This document shows positions 52,860 to 64,000 of a DNA stretch of 64,000 bases, piece by piece. Under the pieces are notes generated by a model. It saw nothing but the letters and a program-made list of their open reading frames with translations, was not told the origin of the DNA and did not search any database. Made by a program: the position numbers and the translations under genes. The stretch spans positions 2,790,001 to 2,854,000 of the forward strand of contig OX597816.1 in NCBI GenBank assembly GCA_951406725.2, written 5' to 3'. The stretch is from Octopus vulgaris (lineage: Eukaryota). Position 1 is the stretch's first letter, and each line of letters opens with the position of its first letter.

Positions 52860-52869
52860 TATATATATA

Positions 52870-53085
52870 ATTACGTCGTCGACCAGATTATCAGATATTG
52901 TTATACATCGCTAGTCACAATGCGCTTCATTTCGTTCGCAAAGCTAGTCCCATTTGCAGTTGAGTGGACTGGAAAAACTGAAATGAAGTGTTTTGTTCAA
53001 GAATACAAAGCGCAGCAGGTCTGGGAATCGAAACCACGGTCTCACGTTCGTGAATGTAGCATCCCCAACCGCTAGGCCACACGCC

Positions 53086-53090
<5 letters not shown>
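52870..53090 (-). mobile_element. decayed tRNA-derived SINE
   Basis: B box ggtttcgattcc; tail shared with 3977-4030. Confidence 0.6.
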
Positions 53091-53117
<27 letters not shown>

Positions 53118-53937
53118 TACACACATCTATATAGGATCAGCGAATGTTATCTTATATGAGTGTCGGACTTAAAATTGCCACAAGTCTGTCAACATATGAT
53201 CAACATGTGTTCTCTACTCGTAAAAACGATTTGGTGAAGGAAATTGTGCTTAGAATGTTCCAGACTCCATCAATTCCTTATTTTCAATGCTAACTGTCTG
53301 TGGTTGTAGTTCTGTAAACCTGATTACGAAGATAACCCCAAAGAAGAAATCTAAAAGAGATAAGGGATTGTAGGTGACCAAAAACCTCGATTCCTCTTTA
53401 CTTCACCAAAGACTTTTGTGTTGTGTAGAAAGGAATTGCCGTACATTGAGACTCACGCATCGAAGTCCACGATTTTGACTTAGAATAATAATACAGGAGA
53501 ATTGTTTCCTTTCATGTCGGGTACCAAGATATTTTTGAGGAACTCCAAGTAGGTATTGTTTATGATAGAAATAAACAAAAAAAATAAGGACCAAAAACCT
53601 ATCGTGTTATGTACCCTACCAAATCAGTAATTTTTTTCGGCGATTGAAAGCCACGATAAAGTCTTTCATTAACTTCATACTGGGCGACATAACGGCCGAC
53701 AGTGTCCCCAACATCAAAGGTAGCTTAATCACTGGCTAAAATCTTCCACAAATTTGTTTGTCTCGGTGGTTGTTGAGTCTTTATCAATGACTGATGAGTG
53801 AATGATGTGTTCACACATCACCAGTCATTCATCTTTTTATCAACGTCAGATAAATTCTGAACCGTTGACAAATGAAAACAATATCATGCTGCAACATTAT
53901 ATATAACTGCAGGGGTTTAAGAGTGAGTGAGTGTGTG

Positions 53938-53989
<52 letters not shown>

Positions 53990-53994
53990 TCTTT

Positions 53995-54146
53995 GAAGCC
54001 TGCCGTATTGTATTTGGATTGTGTTGAAAATAAATGGCCGCTAATATCTGTGTTTCATTGATCCTGTTTGATGTTCCAGACTTAGGCTGGTCTTCAGCGG
54101 AGCCTGACGTTTTCAGTCGTTCTGCAAGTTTATCGGAAGATGTCAT
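53995..54146 (-). pseudogene. possible Tc1-like transposase N-terminal remnant
   Basis: KL.ERLKTSGSAEDQPKSG...HNPNTIRQAS resembles the TGSV.D.PRSGRP...SPxxSxR motif. Confidence 0.4.
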
Positions 54147-54295
54147 GGTTAGGTTGTCATATTCATTTATTCATTTATTCATTTATTTTGTTTCTGCATC
54201 CTGTGGACTTGTTCGATTGATTTGCTCTATTCTGTCACCATCTTTAGGAGAAATTGATATTTTCTCCGAGTTGAAAATGGTATTTATCTAAAATA

Positions 54296-54349
<54 letters not shown>

Positions 54350-55146
54350 GTATGTGTGTGTGTGTGTGTATGTATGAATATATGTATGTATGCATGTATA
54401 TGTATCCATATGTATGTGTGTATAATATCAAGATATTCACGACAAAATAGCAAAGCTGCTATTAAAACTATAAAACAACAAAATTGTAACAAAATGAAAA
54501 ATATTTTATGAATTATTTAAATACTGAATGGACTTCTGGTAATATATATGATATATGAAATATGATCTTCATTCTTCACTCCGTGGGGAATGGAGTTTTC
54601 AACTTTTCAGACAGATTTCTTCTTCAGAGTCAAGATAACGGGAGAAAGGTATAAAAGGGGTGGGGGAAAGGCAGCAGTGTTTTAAATCGTCTGTTTGATC
54701 GACTGGCTACCACTGATGGGAAACGCAAAACAACATGAGTAAGACAAGAGGTTGTAGGAGATAGAGAGGGAGAAGGAAAGATAAAATAAAAAGAAGGGGA
54801 GTTGGTAAGGATGAGGTGAAGGGGAAAATTAAGGTGAGAAGGAATGAACTGAGGTAACATTTCCTACTGAACTGCTGAAACTTGGCTTGTGGGCATAAGC
54901 TTCTATATTCAAAGATCTTATAATATGTATGTGGTTATCGCAGACATGAAGAGATTGGTAAGCTTCTTACAGACTAAAACCACGACAAAAGGTTTTATTC
55001 TGCTTCAGTTTCGCTGCTAAAGTCTTCAGCAAACCATGAATATTACAACTTCCTATTCCCGTATATTAGGGATTCTTCTGCAGAGCGTTGTAAGAAAGTA
55101 CTGGTGCACGTTCCTGTATCTATCTATCCATTTTCTAAACACATCG

Positions 55147-55511
55147 TGGCACTCCGTCGGTTGCGACGACGAGGGCTCCAGTTGATCCGATCAACAGAAC
55201 AGCCTGCTCGTGAAATTAGCGTGCAAGTGGCTGAGCACTCCACAGACACGTGTGCTCTTAGTGTAGTTCTCAGAGAGATACAACGTGATACAGTGTGACA
55301 AGGCTGGCCCCTTTGAAATACAGGTACAACAGAAACAGGAAGAAAGAGTGAAGTTGTGGTGAAAGAATACAGCAGGGTTCGCCCGCCGGAGCCTCGTGGA
55401 GCTTAAGGTGTTTTCGCTCAATAAACACTCACAACGCCCGGTCTGGGAATCGAAACCCCGATCCTATGATCGCGAGTTCGCTACCCTAACCACTGGGCCA
55501 TTGCGTCTCCA
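55147..55511 (-). mobile_element. full-length tRNA-derived SINE
   Basis: Homologous to 7187-7560. Confidence 0.85.
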
Positions 55512-55721
55512 CTCTAAACACATAAGCCTTACAATTATAGGAAACATAAAGCTGAGACGGCATCGTTGTATAGACACCAGTTTAGCACTGGTACACTTTT
55601 TACTGACCAAACAAAGATGAAAATCCGAATCAATCCTTGTGGGATTTTAAAACGATCGAAAGAAACCAAAAACCTTGCAACTAGTCTTTCGTTTCAACCA
55701 ATTTTACATAGTGACTTACCA

Positions 55722-55799
<78 letters not shown>

Positions 55800-55925
55800 A
55801 CTACTACTACTACTACTACTACTAGTGCATGCTGCTGCTGCTGCTGCTACTACTACTACTACTACTGCTACTACTACTACTACTACTACTACTACTAAGT
55901 AGTGCATGCTGCTGCTACTGCTGCC
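55722..55925. repeat. (CTA)n/(CTG)n trinucleotide tract
   Basis: Directly visible. Confidence 0.95.
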
Positions 55926-56078
55926 ACCTGGATTCTTATTTTAGACTATATTCGGCTCAACAAAACCTCATCACAGCTTTCAGAATGTTATTTGAGGAAA
56001 GACATTCCAAAAGTTTAGCCAGATGTAAACAGGTTCTACGATTGGTTTATATTTCTCTATTTAACGCTTGTTTATTGC

Positions 56079-56114
<36 letters not shown>

Positions 56115-56296
56115 CAAACACGCACGAACATATATTTATGCCAGTGTATGTGTAATGAGTGCAAGAGTATGTTTGTGTTAATGCGCGTATGTGTTTATAT
56201 ATATACCAATATATAAACATGTATGCATCCGTGGGCCCATATATATATATATATATATATATACTATATTTTAAGCAGCAGAAAATTCAACAAAAT

Positions 56297-56334
56297 CTGT
56301 TACTCTGAGTTTCTCGTTGCCGTTCATCAGACAG
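56297..56334 (-). ncRNA. minimal type I hammerhead ribozyme (family B, inverted arm)
   Basis: Exact reverse complement of 56422-56459. Confidence 0.7.
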
Positions 56335-56421
56335 TTTTTGCACAAGTCCATTTCTTTTTAAAGGTGTAGCGTTTGTAAGAGTATAGATTGAATTAATATA
56401 TATGTTCCATTCTAGCAAAAA

Positions 56422-56459
56422 CTGTCTGATGAACGGCAACGAGAAACTCAGAGTAACAG
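56422..56459 (+). ncRNA. minimal type I hammerhead ribozyme (family B)
   Basis: ctgt CTGATGA acg gcaa cga GAAA ctc a gag TA acag. Canonical core, GNRA-capped stem II with an A/A closing mismatch, GUA triplet. Confidence 0.7.
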
Positions 56460-56562
56460 ATTTTGTTGAATTTTCTGCTGCTTAAAATAAAGCATATTAC
56501 ACTACGTCTGGTATTTGAGTACTCTTTTTTCCACCTTGTTTCACATTTATGTGTTTACTCCG

Positions 56563-56603
<41 letters not shown>

Positions 56604-56955
56604 ACACGCACGCATACATGTGTTTTAGTTCAGACACATATTTCGTAAATATGTGTGTGTGTATGTAAAAGTGTGTTTACACACACACACACACACACAC
56701 ACACTTATATAAGTAGACACACACACACACGCGCGCGTGCCTAAACATACTCGGATGTCATCTGCAAAAGAGTTTTGTGGCAATTACAGCCTTGTTTGTT
56801 TATTTGTGTTGATCAGCTCTGAAACGATTGACAGAGAAACCAGCCGCAATCGTTTCCACGTTCAGCTATTTACAAAACATGCTGCGAAGAAGTAAACAAA
56901 ATCAGATCTTCGCGTGGAAATGTTTAACACTACGACACTGCGATAGTTTACTTTC

Positions 56956-57002
<47 letters not shown>

Positions 57003-57499
57003 TTACACACACGTATACATACATATACAAAAAGGAAGTACACACACACATATATGTGTGTGTGTTCTGTGTGTTCCATGTATTAATTCCCTTAATTTTC
57101 TTTGAATTTCCCTTTATTTTATTTCCTATTTGTCAGCTCCATGCCAGATGTCAAATATCTAAAACTAATTTTCTTTTAGTTTATATAATTCCTCCATTTA
57201 ATATGATTTATTAATCGAGATTAAGATGCGAGTCTGACAACATTTCTCAAACGCTTCCGACACACACACACGTGTGTGTGTGTGTATATGTATATGATCG
57301 TACAAGGTGTGTGTGTGTTTGTGTGAGCTAGACAACTTAGCTGTCATCACTGCTAATTTAGGCATTCTTTTGCCCCCCAAACTGACGTCAAGACGGTTGT
57401 CAAGACGTCTCCCCCCCCCGCTGCCCCTATCCAATAATTTATACGTCGAGGAGGTCCAGGACCTCTTCTAGGTCTTTCTAAACGGAAGATTTGTGAAGT

Positions 57500-57818
57500 T
57501 CGTGGCTTAGTGGTTAGGGTATTCAGCTGGCGGTCTTAAGGTCGTGAGCTCGTTTCCAGGCAGCGCTTTGTGTCCTTGAGCAAGACACTTTATTTCACGC
57601 TGCTCCAATCCACTCAACAGGCAAAAAAGTATCGTACCCGTATTTCAAAGGGCTGACTTTGTCACACTCTGTGTCACACTGAATCGCCCTGAGAACTACG
57701 TTAAGGGCACGCGTGTCTGTGGAGTACTCAGCCACTTGCACATTAATTTCATGAGCAGGCTGTTCCGTTGATTGGGTCCAGTACTGGAACCCACATCGTC
57801 GTATCCGACGGAGCGCCA
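57500..57818 (+). mobile_element. tRNA-derived SINE
   Basis: Homologous to 32281-32597. Confidence 0.8.
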
Positions 57819-58231
57819 CTTTTAAATTGAAGATTTGTTCATAATATCCTACACTTTTCTAAATAAAAGCGATCACCACCAAACACCACAAATCTATGCA
57901 GTAATCTTTTGGTGGTCGATTTTCTTCTTTATGATCCGGTAATCGAGGGTAAAACATGGACGGCTCGGCTGCAGAAGGGTTCACATTTAAAGAGAGAAAC
58001 TCGTATTAAACACGTTGTTCTATCTTCTATTCCGTAAATCCGCTTCCTATCTACGTTGTTGTAGTTCATCCCCAGATCGGTCCAGATCAAGAAGAAATTT
58101 GATCAAAAGACATTTCATGCGTGACAAGATTAGTTTATGGTCTCTTTGCTGCTTCGTCCTCACTTTTAAAGCAATATATATATATATATATTCGATGTTT
58201 TAGAAAATACCATTAGATTTTTATATATATA

Positions 58232-58625
58232 CTAGCAGTATCGCCCGGCATTGCGGGTTTGTAAGGGAAATAACTATATAAGCATTTTTAGAGAGTTATA
58301 GCCAAAAAATAGCAAAATATGCATTAAAAATGGAAAAAAAATGATGGTAAATTTTTTTTTAAATCGTTGACTCATCGTAGACATTTTTAGAGAGTTACTT
58401 CCCTTATTTAATAACGAAAAAATGCATTAAAATGGAAAAAAATTATGGTAATTTTTTTTTAAAATCGTAGACTCATCGTAGACGCTCGCTAATACCCAGA
58501 AGGGCTCGATATGAATCACGACTATAAGATACCCGGTTTTGGTTAAACGCACCGCAAAATGTGGGAGTAGTTAGGAATCTAGATCGTAGGAGACAGACAC
58601 ACAACTTCACTTTTATATATAAAGA
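58232..58625 (-). mobile_element. non-autonomous Helitron (subfamily 1)
   Basis: Reverse-complement homologue of 34388-34782 with TC and CTAG termini. Confidence 0.85.
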
Positions 58626-59310
58626 TATCATAAGAAATTGCACAAATTACTCATCAAAATATTCTGAGTATTTGTAGAAGTCGGATCAATTTGCTGCTCG
58701 TAAATTTTAACAATAAAATCTTATATGGACCACCCCCAGGGTTTATATGAACCTCAAGTGAGAACCATTGGAGCCTATATGACCTTTGCGGGCCTGTTAG
58801 AAGTTATGCGTGCATTTGATCAATGCTCAGTTCAAATTTCTATCGTTATTTTCTTTTGACAAAGTGTGTGTGTGAATGTGTGTGTCCGTGTGTGTGTATT
58901 GCTGTTCTTGTTGTTGTCAAAAAGTTTGATTATTGTCATAATTGATATAAATAAAATGTCAGTTGCCTTTTAAGCATGCCTGCCTTGCCATGGAATATTT
59001 CTTCGCATTTTGTTCCCTTTGCATGTGGGCAGCTTCAGTATTTTCTTCTGGAGCCGGGTGGGGAGAGGGCGCGTCTGTTATTCCTCCGAGCAATTTTCTC
59101 TCTGTAGGTAAATAACAAAGAAAATTTTAAAAAAAGAAGACAAAAACAGATTTGTTGAGCAATAAACCTTGTTTCTCACCTGAATCCTTTAAGGGAAGAC
59201 TTGAAAAATTTTCCGATGGTTCTTTCTGTGAGAAAATAACTCAATTATTATCCCATGCAGTTGCACATGGGAAAATCCTGTGTTTTGGAGAACGATTTGA
59301 AAATAGGTCA

Positions 59311-59563
59311 AATGACGATGATGATGATGGGAATGATGGTGATGATGGGAATGATGATGATGATGGGAATGATGATGATGACGATGACGATGATACCGCG
59401 GAGGATACAAATAGTGATGGTGATGGTGACGATGAAGATGATGATAACGATGACGACGATGGAACCATGGAGAATACAAATAATGATGGTGGTGCTGTTG
59501 ATGATGATGGTGGTGGTGGTGGTGATGCTGATGATGGTGGTGGTGGTGGTGGTGGTGATGATG
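59311..59563. repeat. (GAT/GGT)n low-complexity tract
   Basis: Directly visible. Confidence 0.85.
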
Positions 59564-60064
59564 AATTCAAACCTGATTAGTTCAATATTGAAGCCAAGGA
59601 AACTAAATTTATCCAATTGCTGGAATCATAAATTGTTTATGATGGAAACAGCATAAAACAACATTAGACACCAAAAACGAAGGAAAACCATTTCTTTCGG
59701 TTTCCAATCTAATCTTATTTTCCTGCGATTAATCCACGTTTTTTGCCTAAACTGTTTTTTCCTTTTTTTTTTCTATTTTTTTTTTTTTTTCTTTTTGGTT
59801 ATGGCATTCTGCTTACGAAGCAACATTTCTGTAACTGACAGAATGGAAATGGAAGCACAAGTCTGCTGATTCTCTGAACTTTTTCATGGATTATTTGTAA
59901 ACCGTTGCCAGACTTGGCAGCGGCAGCGAATAGAATTTATGGGGGAAATTGTTTGAAGGTTTTCTTTTTTTTGGGGTTTTTCAAGGAAGGAAAAGACTTT
60001 GGTCCTTCCGTCTTTTTATTTCCCAGTTTTGTCTTAACAGCATTTTGGCTGGATGGGGTATCGC

Positions 60065-60124
<60 letters not shown>

Positions 60125-60575
60125 GTGCGTGCGTGCGTGCGTGCGTGCGTATGTATGTATGTATGTATGTATGTATGTATGTATGTGTATGTGTGTGTGC
60201 TTGTGTGTATGTATGTGTGTGTATATGTATTTATGTATGCATGTATGTATATGTATGCATGTATATCTATGTTTGTATATATGGGTGTATGTATGTGCGT
60301 ATATATGTTTATGTACGTGTGTATGTATGTCTGCATATGCATGTTTGTGCCTATGCAATTTATGTATGCAATGCATATATGTATACATATATATATATAT
60401 AGGTATATGTGTGCATAACGTGCATACTTACACACACACACACTCACACACACACACACATGCATATATATATATATTGGATGTATACACATATCTATCT
60501 ATCCATCCATCCATCTATCTATCTGTTTATTTGTCTGACTACAAAACGTAATATATATGTGTGTTATTGTGTGTA

Positions 60576-60652
<77 letters not shown>

Positions 60653-61267
60653 CACACACACAGAGGCACACACGAAACTATGCGAGGGAATATACAGATA
60701 AGACTTTCTTTTCAATTCCGCTTTTCGTTCGGAATAATTATCAGAGATCAATACAAGAAACGTATGACCTGTCGAGAGTTTAAATTATATCATTTCCCAT
60801 AATTTGCGAATGTCATGTTATCATATTTAGTAATAAAATTACCATAACTTCAGTAATTATCTATCGTATATTACTGCGAGGAACTGGAGCCAATGAAAGA
60901 GTTTTTACATGGTCAATCACTGTGCTAGAAATAGCAGCCACATTAAAAAGGAATTATACCGTTATCTTAAAAAGAAAGATACATTAAAAAAAAAATGTAG
61001 TTCTAGGATAATCTATGGGTTAAGAAAATGTCGAGATGGTTGCAGGTGGAATGGGCTTAACTTATAGTCTTGTTCAGTCAGGACCGACCTGGGGTCAAAC
61101 AACAACAGGTGTAGCTGCGTGGTAAGAACTTTGCTTCCCAACCACGTAGTTTCGGGTTCAGTCCCACTGCGTAGCACCTTCTACTATAGTATCGGGCTGA
61201 CTTATGAGTGGATTTGGTAGACGGAAACTAAAAGAAGCCCATCGTATATATATATATATTTTTTTTT

Positions 61268-61657
61268 TTAATTGTTATCGCCATATTAATATGGCAGTCT
61301 TATAGATATAAGACTAAAGCTGTCGCTGATTAGCTCCATGAGGCGATCGCCTTAAGCTAGCTATTTGACACACAAACTGTGTCCATTATAACCTTTGAAC
61401 AAGGGAGGTCAGCCGCTTCACAATGCCAGTCAGACAGCTACAGACGCGTTTCAGGGTATTTGCCCTTTGTCAATATAGCGTAGTCAGACCCAGCAGGTGT
61501 CGCCACTGATCGTCTCTGTTCGAAGGTTTTATTTACCTAGTTTCGGTGGAATACATCCACTTGTTTTCAATAATAGAAATATTAAAATTACTAAGTCTCT
61601 CTAAAAGAGATTACGGCAGCGTTTACTGGAAATTAATTGTTATCGCCATATTAATAT
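61268..61657 (-). mobile_element. 365-bp terminally redundant retrozyme/pLTR-like monomer
   Basis: Exact 25-bp direct repeat ttaattgttatcgccatattaatat at 61268-61292 and 61633-61657; hammerhead in the middle. Confidence 0.7.
61437..61479 (-). ncRNA. type I hammerhead ribozyme with U3-A8 core variant
   Basis: Minus strand: gctata TTGACAA aggg caaata ccct GAAA CGCG TC tgtagc. 6-bp stem I, 4-bp stem II, palindromic stem III, GUC triplet. Confidence 0.7.
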
Positions 61658-61659
61658 TT

Positions 61660-62070
61660 TTTTGTTCTCCGTTTTTGGATTAACTATTTACTGCACGATC
61701 ACACGAACCCCCGGCCTTCCGACTGACTTTGGATTACCTAATTCGCGGAATTCTTTCTACCATCGGATTGCATTCCCTTATTCATTCGGAACACACCATT
61801 TCTGCACCTTGATTGTGAATCATTACAATTTGTCCCTGACTCTTCCCCTTTAACTCCTCTTCCATCCACCTACCTTCTCTTCTACTTCCACTCTCTTTCT
61901 TCCTTCGTCTTCCTTTTCTTTTTGGACTTTGCTCTGTCTTCTGTCTCTCAAGAAGAGCTTTGCTCGAAACATAAGCACCCTTTCTTCCCTTCCCTAAGCG
62001 TCTTATTAATAGTTTGCATGTACCACGTCCTAGCGTTGCTTTTTTCTTGTTTTTTTTATTATTAATTATA
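61660..62070 (+). mobile_element. PLE pLTR-like fragment related to 35962-36220, decayed hammerhead at 61945-61975
   Basis: CTCAAGA a gagc ttt gctc GAAAC; downstream ccacgtcctagcgttg matches the 36.0-kb family. Confidence 0.55.
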
Positions 62071-62077
62071 TATAAAC

Positions 62078-62443
62078 GTGGTAAATAGCTTACAAACCAA
62101 CCACATGGTTCCGGGTTCAGTCGCACCGCGTGGCACCTTGGGCAAGTGCCTTCTACAATAGCCTCGGGCCGACCAAAGCCTTGTGAGTGGATATGGTTGA
62201 TGGAAACTGAAAGAAGCCCGTCGTATATATATATATGTGTGTGTGTTTTTGTGAGTTCGTCCTCCAACATCGCTTGACAACCGATGCTGGTGTATTTACG
62301 TTCCCCGTAACTTAGTGGTCTGACAAAAGAGGCCAATAATATAAGTACTAGGCTTACAAAGAATAAGTCCTTGGGTTGATTTACTCGACTAGAGTCGTTG
62401 CTCCAGTATAGCCGCAGTCAAATGACTGAAACAAATAAAAGAA
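62078..62443 (+). mobile_element. SINE (gtggtaa...gactgaaaca family)
   Basis: Homologous to 52028-52456. Confidence 0.85.
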
Positions 62444-62453
62444 TATTTTTAAA

Positions 62454-62840
62454 CTAGCAGTATCGCCCGGCGTTGCTCGGGTTTGTAAGGGAAATAACTA
62501 TATAAGCATTTTTAGAGAGTTATAGCAAAAAAATGCATTAAAAATGGAAAAAATTGATGGCAAATTTTTTTTTAAATCGTTGACTCATCGTAGACATTTT
62601 TAGAGAGTTACTTCCCTTATATAATAGCGAAAAATGCATTAAAATGGAAAAAAATGATGGTAAATTTTTTTAAAATCGTAGACTCATTGTAGACGCGCGC
62701 TAATACCCAGAAGGGCTCGATATGAATCACGACTATAAGATACCCGGTTTTGGTTAAACTGCACCGCAAAATGTGGGAGTAGTTAGGAATCTAGATCGTA
62801 GGAGACAGACAGCACACAACTTTTCTTTTATATATAAAGA
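62454..62840 (-). mobile_element. non-autonomous Helitron (subfamily 1)
   Basis: CTAG at 62454, hairpin cccggcgttgctcggg, 5' TC at 62840. Confidence 0.85.
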
Positions 62841-62950
62841 TTTGTTTACAGGAACCATTTTGTATATGCAATTGAAGCTCCTCTTCCATTATCTCGGCCA
62901 GTCTTGATTTAAATATACAAGACGTTTCCTGTAAACAAATTTAAAGGATA

Positions 62951-63323
62951 TCTCTCTCTATATAAACGGCAGTTTGTCTGTGTGCGTGTCTGTGTGTCTG
63001 TTAGGTTGTACCCTCACCCTGACCACGACTTTCAACCGATTCTGATGAAACTTGACACACACATAGCCCAATGTCATAATTCAAAACTAACGCAGCGAAA
63101 ATTTTGAAAAGTTCCCCCAGTTCTGAAAAAGATCGATAAATTCGACATGGGGTCGACAATCAGAAACACAAACCACAGATGGTCTAGGGAACGCAACTCG
63201 ACCTTTTTAACTCTCAAAAAAATTTACCATCATTTTTCCCCCATCTTTTGGGCTATAACTCTCTAAAAATGCTTTATAGTTATTTCCCTTACAAACCCGA
63301 GCAACGCCGGGCGATACTGCTAG
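62951..63323 (+). mobile_element. non-autonomous Helitron (subfamily 2)
   Basis: A|TC start; cccgagcaacgccggg hairpin; CTAG|T end. Confidence 0.85.
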
Positions 63324-63699
63324 TATATATATATATATATAGGTGTAAAAAGGTTGAATGCAGATTCGTCCTTTAATTTGGAGGTTTCTAAAAAAGATGT
63401 CGAATGTTGATTCTTCATGTTTTGCTGGTAGTTTACAGGCGTAAATATGCGAAGATGTGAATGTTATACTTGTAAATAATGTGTGATGAATTTATGGAAA
63501 GAAGTCCAATAAAACTCCTCAATTTAGTTAAAAATGGAAGAGACAAGTTGTTAAAATATATAAGAGAATTTTAATTTTAATTCATGCAGACGATCGTTTC
63601 GTACAGAGAGGGATATAAAAATTCATGATTGAATTGAATTAGATTAAATTAATTTAATTATATATAAATTAATGTACTCTTTAATTGTGTATATTATGT

Positions 63700-63905
63700 G
63701 TGTGTGTTTGCTCCCTCCTCGACCGCTTTACAACCGGTGCGGGTGTGTTTACATCCCCGTAACTTAAAAATTCTTCAAAAGACCAACAGAACAAGTACCA
63801 AACTTTAAAAAATACGTACAGGGGTCGATTCGTTCGACTAAACCTTTCATGCGGTGCCCCAGCATGGCCACAGTCTAATAACTGAAGCAACTTAAAAGTA
63901 AAAGA
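63700..63905 (+). mobile_element. SINE 3' part (gactgaaac tail family), decayed
   Basis: gtgtgtttacatccccgtaac...ggggtcgattcgttcgactaaa...ccagcatggccacagtc. Confidence 0.65.
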
Positions 63906-64000
63906 CAAGAAATATAAAGAAATTATAAACAAGTAATTTAAGCAAGGATCGAACCTGTATTTATGGATTTGGTTTGTGTAGATGTTATCTAGCGCGTATT

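Larger units (their letters stand above)
56267..56565. mobile_element. family B fold-back module with perfect 75-bp arms
   Basis: 56267-56341 is the exact reverse complement of 56415-56489; (TA)n flanks. Confidence 0.85.

Noticed and set aside
54995-55033. Minus-strand CTGAAGA...GAAA ctg-aag-cag
   Set aside because: Lacks the U of the NUH site and a closed stem II.
59152-59580. 142-aa Asp/Gly-rich ORF
   Set aside because: Driven by (GAT/GGT)n; several frames on both strands are open, and there is no splice or domain support.
62454-63323. Single TIR transposon with ~100-bp TIRs
   Set aside because: The apparent TIRs are the shared 3' ends of two oppositely oriented Helitrons, each found alone elsewhere in the window.

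Overview
AT-rich, microsatellite-dense eukaryotic DNA. The SINE, LINE and microsatellite content resembles an octopus (cephalopod) genome; this is inferred from repeat families, not proven. No host protein-coding exon can be supported, and almost all short ORFs are microsatellite artefacts. The only intact long ORF (12304-13209) is a Merlin/IS1595-family DDE transposase inside a complete 1602-bp element with 53-bp TIRs and an 8-bp TSD. The window also holds many tRNA-headed SINEs, five non-autonomous Helitrons, piggyBac- and Tigger-type MITEs, and decayed mariner/Tc1, RLE-LINE and Penelope-like (PLE) fragments. The most striking hidden signal is about 15 type I hammerhead-ribozyme-like motifs from several sequence families. 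Most sit in short PLE-pLTR/retrozyme-like modules embedded in (TA)n tracts, often as fold-back inverted repeats. Several have intact catalytic cores (27755-27793, 37088-37216, 39298-39342, 56297-56334/56422-56459). One has a ~97-nt stem II extension, and one has a compensated U3-A8 core inside a 365-bp terminally redundant monomer. All RNA structures were read by eye and are untested. Coordinates of decayed repeats are approximate.
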